A stretch of DNA of 64,000 nucleotides from NCBI GenBank assembly GCA_048493715.1, contig JBGDCZ010000011.1, positions 343 to 64,342 on the forward strand, given 5' to 3'. This document shows, one piece after another, positions 59,156 through 64,000 of the stretch. This DNA is from Arsenophonus endosymbiont of Dermacentor nuttalli. Its GTDB lineage: Bacteria > Pseudomonadota > Gammaproteobacteria > Enterobacterales > Enterobacteriaceae. Within the stretch, counting starts at the first letter, position 1. Each line of letters begins with the position of its first letter. Under the pieces are notes generated by a model that was given only the letters and a program-made list of their open reading frames with translations, was not told where the DNA came from and did no database searches. The position numbers and the translations under genes are program-made.

Positions 59156-59217
59156 ATTAACGCTCAGAAAAATATTAAATAAAAATGGCGGTAATATAAT
59201 CTGTGACATTTTTAATT

Positions 59218-59259
59218 CCACTTAATGCGCCAGCCTAACGCATTAAGTGGCTTAATGCA
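59218..59259 (+). other. Two mutually exclusive hairpins between metG and yohJ
   Basis: CCACTTAATGCG-9 nt-CGCATTAAGTGG is a perfect 12-bp stem. Its 3' arm can instead pair with the downstream CTTAATGC (GCATTAAG-TGG-CTTAATGC, 8 bp). Confidence 0.5.
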
Positions 59260-59290
59260 TTATAAGTATGTTTATTATAGGACTGGTATT

Positions 59291-59725
59291 ATGTTGTTTT
59301 CCTCAAATATCCTTTATATTAGTTGGCAATATTTACGCGCTTTTTTACTCATTTATCTCTGCCTGATAATAGGAAACTTAATTTCAGCCTTATTACCTTT
59401 TTCTCTTCCAGGCAGTATAGTCGGCATGCTGATTTTGTTTATTTTGTTAACACTTCAGATCATACCTGCTCACTGGATACAGCCAGGTTGTCATTTGTTA
59501 TTAAAAAATATGACACTGCTATTTATTCCCATTGGAGTAGGCATAATGAATTATTATGATCAACTCAGCCAACAAATTATTCCTATTTTGCTCTCGTGCA
59601 TTATTAGTACCTTAATTATTATGATTATTGTTGCTTACAGCTCGCACTATATTCATCGTCAAGACGCAATAGATACTTCAAATACTGATAAGCAGCAGCT
59701 AAAAATACTGATAAGCAGCAGCTAA
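59291..59725 (+). CDS. yohJ: LrgA/CidA-family membrane protein YohJ with a C-terminus altered by duplication
   Basis: From MLFSSNILYISWQYLRAFLLIYLCL (ATG 59291), collinear with E. coli YohJ. The ORF-track start at 59225 is probably too long. Confidence 0.85.
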   Translation: MLFSSNILYISWQYLRAFLLIYLCLIIGNLISALLPFSLPGSIVGMLILFILLTLQIIPAHWIQPGCHLLLKNMTLLFIPIGVGIMNYYDQLSQQIIPILLSCIISTLIIMIIVAYSSHYIHRQDAIDTSNTDKQQLKILISSS

Positions 59726-59727
59726 AA
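59682..59727 (+). repeat. Exact 23-bp tandem duplication at the 3' end of yohJ
   Basis: ATACTGATAAGCAGCAGCTAAAA occurs twice in tandem (59682-59704 and 59705-59727). Confidence 0.95.
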
Positions 59728-59774
59728 AAACAAAATTCAGCTGATAAAAATTTGCCACATGACGAGTAACAAAA

Positions 59775-60470
59775 ATGCTAAATCATATCTGGTGGTCACT
59801 ACCTTTTACCATTATCGTTTACTTATTAGCCAGAAAATTATTCCAAAAACATAAACTGACTATTTTAAACCCGCTATTAATTTCCATTAGTATCATTATT
59901 GCTACTTTATTGCTAACGCATAGTTCTTACGACCATTATTTCTCAGGCAGCCGAATTCTCAATGATTTGCTACAGCCAGCTGTCGTAGCTTTGGCTTTAC
60001 CATTATATGAACAGTTACATCAAATTCGTGGTCAGTGGAAATCTATTATTAGCGTCTGCTTTATTGGTAGTATTATTGCCATGGTAACCGGAACCACTAT
60101 TGCGTTATGGACCGGTGCAACAGTTGAAATGGCAGCTTCAATATTACCCAAATCTGTCACAACACCTATTGCTATGGCCGTGTCCGAGACCATTGGCGGA
60201 GTACCCGCCATCAGTGTAGCTTGTGTGATCTTAGTCGGCATTTTTGGCGCCATATGTGGACGCTTACTGTTTAATTTATTGCACATAAAAAACCCTATTG
60301 CTCGAGGATTAGCGATGGGAGCAGCTTCACATGCAGTAGGCACTGTGCGTAGTACCGAGATAAACTATATTGAAGGTGCATATAGTTCTCTCGCATTAAT
60401 GGCCTGTAGCATTATCAATTCATTAATTGCACCTTTGATTTTTCCTATATTAATCTATTTATTACACTAA
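59775..60470 (+). CDS. yohK: LrgB-family membrane protein YohK
   Basis: 231-aa polytopic protein immediately downstream of yohJ. Confidence 0.9.
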   Translation: MLNHIWWSLPFTIIVYLLARKLFQKHKLTILNPLLISISIIIATLLLTHSSYDHYFSGSRILNDLLQPAVVALALPLYEQLHQIRGQWKSIISVCFIGSIIAMVTGTTIALWTGATVEMAASILPKSVTTPIAMAVSETIGGVPAISVACVILVGIFGAICGRLLFNLLHIKNPIARGLAMGAASHAVGTVRSTEINYIEGAYSSLALMACSIINSLIAPLIFPILIYLLH

Positions 60471-60812
60471 ATAGTCATGTATAAAAATGATCCATCCAAA
60501 TAATAATCACTTTATATGGTTGAAAGTCTAATATCAGTAGAACGTGCTAATTTTAATTATTAGCGTTATTAGTTGAACAAATAACCACCAAATCCAGGCA
60601 ACTGTCATAGTGATCTTGAATAGTGCTTTAGATCAGGTAATTGAGGGTAATTTCTGCCTGGTGGAATATCATATTTACAAACTTACTTACTTCTGACTAT
60701 TATAAGTCTTACCTTACAAAAAACTGTTAAATTAAACAGGGAGCAGCATGATAATAAATAAAATAGCTCTAATTAAGCTGTCATTCTCTATCATGTAATT
60801 ATATAGGCATAG

Positions 60813-61511
<699 letters not shown>

Positions 61512-61522
61512 TATCAACCTGA

Positions 61523-62519
61523 TCAACGAGCGTATTTATCTATTAAATAACGCTATAACCACTACATTGGCCCTTGAGAAAAATATTTTAACCAACTTAT
61601 GGCAAATAAAATATTAATAAGCCAAATCAGTGGCACAAAACTGAGTAATTGTAAGCGGTAAAAATAAGCAAAAAACAGGTGATAAAAAATAGCTGTACAA
61701 ATTAGGGTTTGTAATAAGTAGCTCGTTAAAGCCATGCAACCAACACATTGTAACCATTTAACAATAAAAATACTCTTTATCTGCGGCCAAAAACCATAAA
61801 CGATAGCAATGATAGACAATAACTTGTATTGGTATAATAAGCTGATTAACAACAAAACCTAATATTCCGGTGGAAATATAACTCCAATCATAATAATACT
61901 GGATGGTAATAGAAAATAATTACATAAAAATAGCTAGCGGTATTGCCCAATAAACAATGATAGTGATAATGAGAATAAGTAAAATGCCCTTTAACCATCC
62001 GGCTTTCACTAATGCTGCACCAGTCATCATTAAAGCTAATAGCTGCCAACCATAGTCGATCACTAACATCATAAATCTTTGTGCCACCGAGTCAATCCAA
62101 TATATAAATGCGGGCCAACCCCCAGTTGTTTTAATGTTAATTTAATCAGTAAAATAGCTAAAACTGCAAAAAATAACTAAACAACAAATAATAATGATAG
62201 ATTTAAAATATAGTTGTCTCAGATTATTAAAATAAATAAATTTTATAGCTAATAACCCAGTCAAGGCATAAGGCAATAAAATATCACCCTCCCATAACCC
62301 AATGCCATGTATTAGGCCCATGATAGCCAGAAAAAAAGTCGTACTTAATTATAGTATATCAAACATACCCAGCTGGCGATATTTTTAGCCATCGTGCTAA
62401 AAACATAAACCGGATTTATATAAGCTAGTTGAGGTAGTGCAAAACCAGAGATATTAACCAGTAAAATGGCTAAAACAGCGCTGCCACGCAGCAGATCTAT
62501 TTGTTCAATCCGCTGCCAT
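61523..62519 (-). pseudogene. yeiB: DUF418 membrane protein YeiB, disrupted
   Basis: RIEQIDLLRGSAVLAILLVNISGF.. at the 5' end, out of frame with ATG 62519. The C-terminal third is intact (YGFWPQ..GCMALTSYLLQTLICTAIFYH..WLKYFSQGP) and then hits TAG at 61562-61564 and TAG at 61553-61555 where E. coli has Glu and Trp. There are many frameshifts in the middle. Confidence 0.8.
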
Positions 62520-62543
62520 CTATATGTGAGCTAAAATCATTAA

Positions 62544-63212
62544 TTACAAGTTACGCAGACGAGAAACGTTGCGTAAAAACTCCTGTCGGGTATTTTGACT
62601 AGATTTAAATACACCACCGAGAGAGGTTGTCATTGTGCTACTGGTTACATCCCGGACCCCTCTGGCTTTAACACAATAATGAACAGCATCAATCGAAACA
62701 GCAACATTACTTGTGCCTAATAAAGCTTGTAACGCGATTAATATCTGCTGTGTTAAACGCTCCTGAACTTGTGGGCGTTGTGAAAAGAATTGAACAATAC
62801 GATTAATTTTAGATAAACCAATCACTTTATCCTTTGGAATATAAGCTACTGTCGCCTTACCATCGATAGTGACAAAATGATGCTCACAAACACTGGTTAA
62901 AGTAATATCACGAACCGTCACCATTTCGTCAAAATCCATTTTATTTTCGATCAAAGTAATTTTAGGAAAGTTACTATAGTCGAGGCCTGAAAAAATTTCG
63001 TCAACATACATTTTAGCAACACGCTTAGGGGTTTCCGCTAAGCTATCATCGCTAAGATCGAGATTAAACAAACGCATAATTTCATTCATATGCCCTTCAA
63101 TCTGTCGTTTCCGCTCATTTGAGGAAAGAGATTGACCACAAAGAGGAGTTTCAAGACCACGAACTTCTAGTGCTTTACGAACAAGATGTGCTTCTTGACT
63201 TAGGGATGACAT
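62544..63212 (-). CDS. folE: GTP cyclohydrolase I
   Basis: 222 aa from [24 protein letters not shown] (ATG 63212), near-identical to E. coli FolE over the catalytic core [18 protein letters not shown]. Confidence 0.95.
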   Translation of the reverse strand: MSSLSQEAHLVRKALEVRGLETPLCGQSLSSNERKRQIEGHMNEIMRLFNLDLSDDSLAETPKRVAKMYVDEIFSGLDYSNFPKITLIENKMDFDEMVTVRDITLTSVCEHHFVTIDGKATVAYIPKDKVIGLSKINRIVQFFSQRPQVQERLTQQILIALQALLGTSNVAVSIDAVHYCVKARGVRDVTSSTMTTSLGGVFKSSQNTRQEFLRNVSRLRNL

Positions 63213-63261
63213 GCATTTCTCCAACAATAAAATTCAAAATTTATCCAATTGCATACTGATT

Positions 63262-63540
63262 GACACCCTCCTCGCCCTAAAGGTCGAAGATTGCTCCCAA
63301 CTTCAAAGCGGGATCTGTTTCGCTTTGGTGGGTTTCTGCTTCAGCGAAAAAGTTTAAAACTTCATCTCTTCACAAACTAAAATCCCGCATCACTTGCGGT
63401 ACCCAATTATTACTAAAATCGCGCATTATACCGTCATAAAAGGATAAGGTTGTATAACAACACCGGATAAATGGATAAGTATCCCTTTACCATCACCTAT
63501 CCTAACAAAATATTCTTGCTATCGCGCTAATTTTTCATAT
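63262..63540 (+). pseudogene. 5'-truncated remnant of S-formylglutathione hydrolase (YeiG/FghA-like)
   Basis: Best segment is 63463-63507, PDKWISIPLPSPILT versus E. coli PDEYVSVSAFSPIVS. The weaker upstream pieces DTxxP and FGGFLL resemble DTSPRG and GAGFYLN. Position and strand match yeiG next to folE. GC content is visibly higher than in the flanking spacer. Confidence 0.4.
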
Positions 63541-63744
63541 TAAAGTAAATATTTATTGTATATTATTTATACTCAGTTATATAAAAAACATTTAATTATA
63601 TTACTTACAAATACTCGTCTTACAAACTCTATAGTGAATAAAACAACTGTCGACTAAATAACAGTTGCTTGAACAAAAATTTTGCTAGCTGAACTATTTT
63701 TTTATCATTAGATAATTATTAACTAATCAATTCAAGTAATTACT

Positions 63745-64000
63745 TCACAAAAGGCGAAATTTCAAGCTGATCAAACTACTCCAACCGGTTGTGGTAGTGA
63801 CAACTTTTCCTTTATAAATAATCACAAAAGTTGGCGTTACACTAATTTTCCATTAAGCAGAATATGCACAGTTGGATCATTAATCGTTGGCATCGTGAAC
63901 TGCTTTTGCGTCAAATAATGCTGTACTTTAGCATCATCTCCAGAACACAAGGCTACAAGTTAACACATTACCACCATTAGCCGCATAATCTGCTATTTTA
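63745..64000 (-). pseudogene. Thioredoxin-fold thiol:disulfide oxidoreductase (TlpA/DsbE/ScsD-like) remnant, partial at the window edge
   Basis: Across frames: ..SGDDAKVQHYLTQKQFTMPTINDP.. then GVTPTFVIIYKGKVVTTTTGWSS..LKFRLL stop. This is the cis-Pro loop VTPT pattern, with at least two frameshifts. Confidence 0.45.

Noticed and set aside
63245-63420. Minus-strand reading that looks protein-like (..DEVLNFFAEAETHQSETDPALKLGAIFDL..) upstream of folE
   Set aside because: It is interrupted by stops and I recognise no family. It is better explained as the antisense frame of the plus-strand yeiG remnant, which has positional and sequence support.

Overview
AT-rich gammaproteobacterial chromosome segment. 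Gene content and order are Enterobacterales-like: long blocks are collinear with E. coli K-12 (nlpC/ihfA-pheTS-rplT-rpmI-infC-thrS, yniB-hxpB-ydjM-tcyP, gnd..asmA-dcd-udk..apbC/metG..yohJK-sanA..yeiB-folE-yeiG). An unusually large fraction of loci are broken: about 20 of roughly 60 carry frameshifts, in-frame stops or truncations, and they are separated by long ORF-free AT-rich spacers. This is the signature of a recently host-restricted (symbiont or pathogen-like) lineage; a Morganellaceae/Arsenophonus-like origin is only a guess. Intact genes include the complete arnBCADTEF lipid A modification operon, the translation cluster with its leader, operator and AUU-start signals, sitABCD with a Fur box, LexA-boxed ydjM, two LOS-type glycosyltransferases, a DASS transporter, gnd, yoaE, asmA, dcd, udk, apbC, metG, yohJK, sanA and folE. 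A whole dmsABCD/ynf-type anaerobic reductase operon is dead. A low-GC accessory stretch (about 28.1-37.5 kb) holds a start-less wHTH regulator, a perfect 23-bp palindrome, an (ATAAA)10 microsatellite, two small membrane ORFs, a roughly 617-codon disrupted trypsin-fold protease, and decayed DJ-1, secreted chorismate mutase, psiF and DUF924 genes. I saw no CRISPR array, tRNA, rRNA, IS element, integrase or recognisable defence system. The regulator-palindrome-repeat-protease module is the best candidate for something undescribed, but it looks largely decayed. All homology statements come from memory-based alignment, not database searches.
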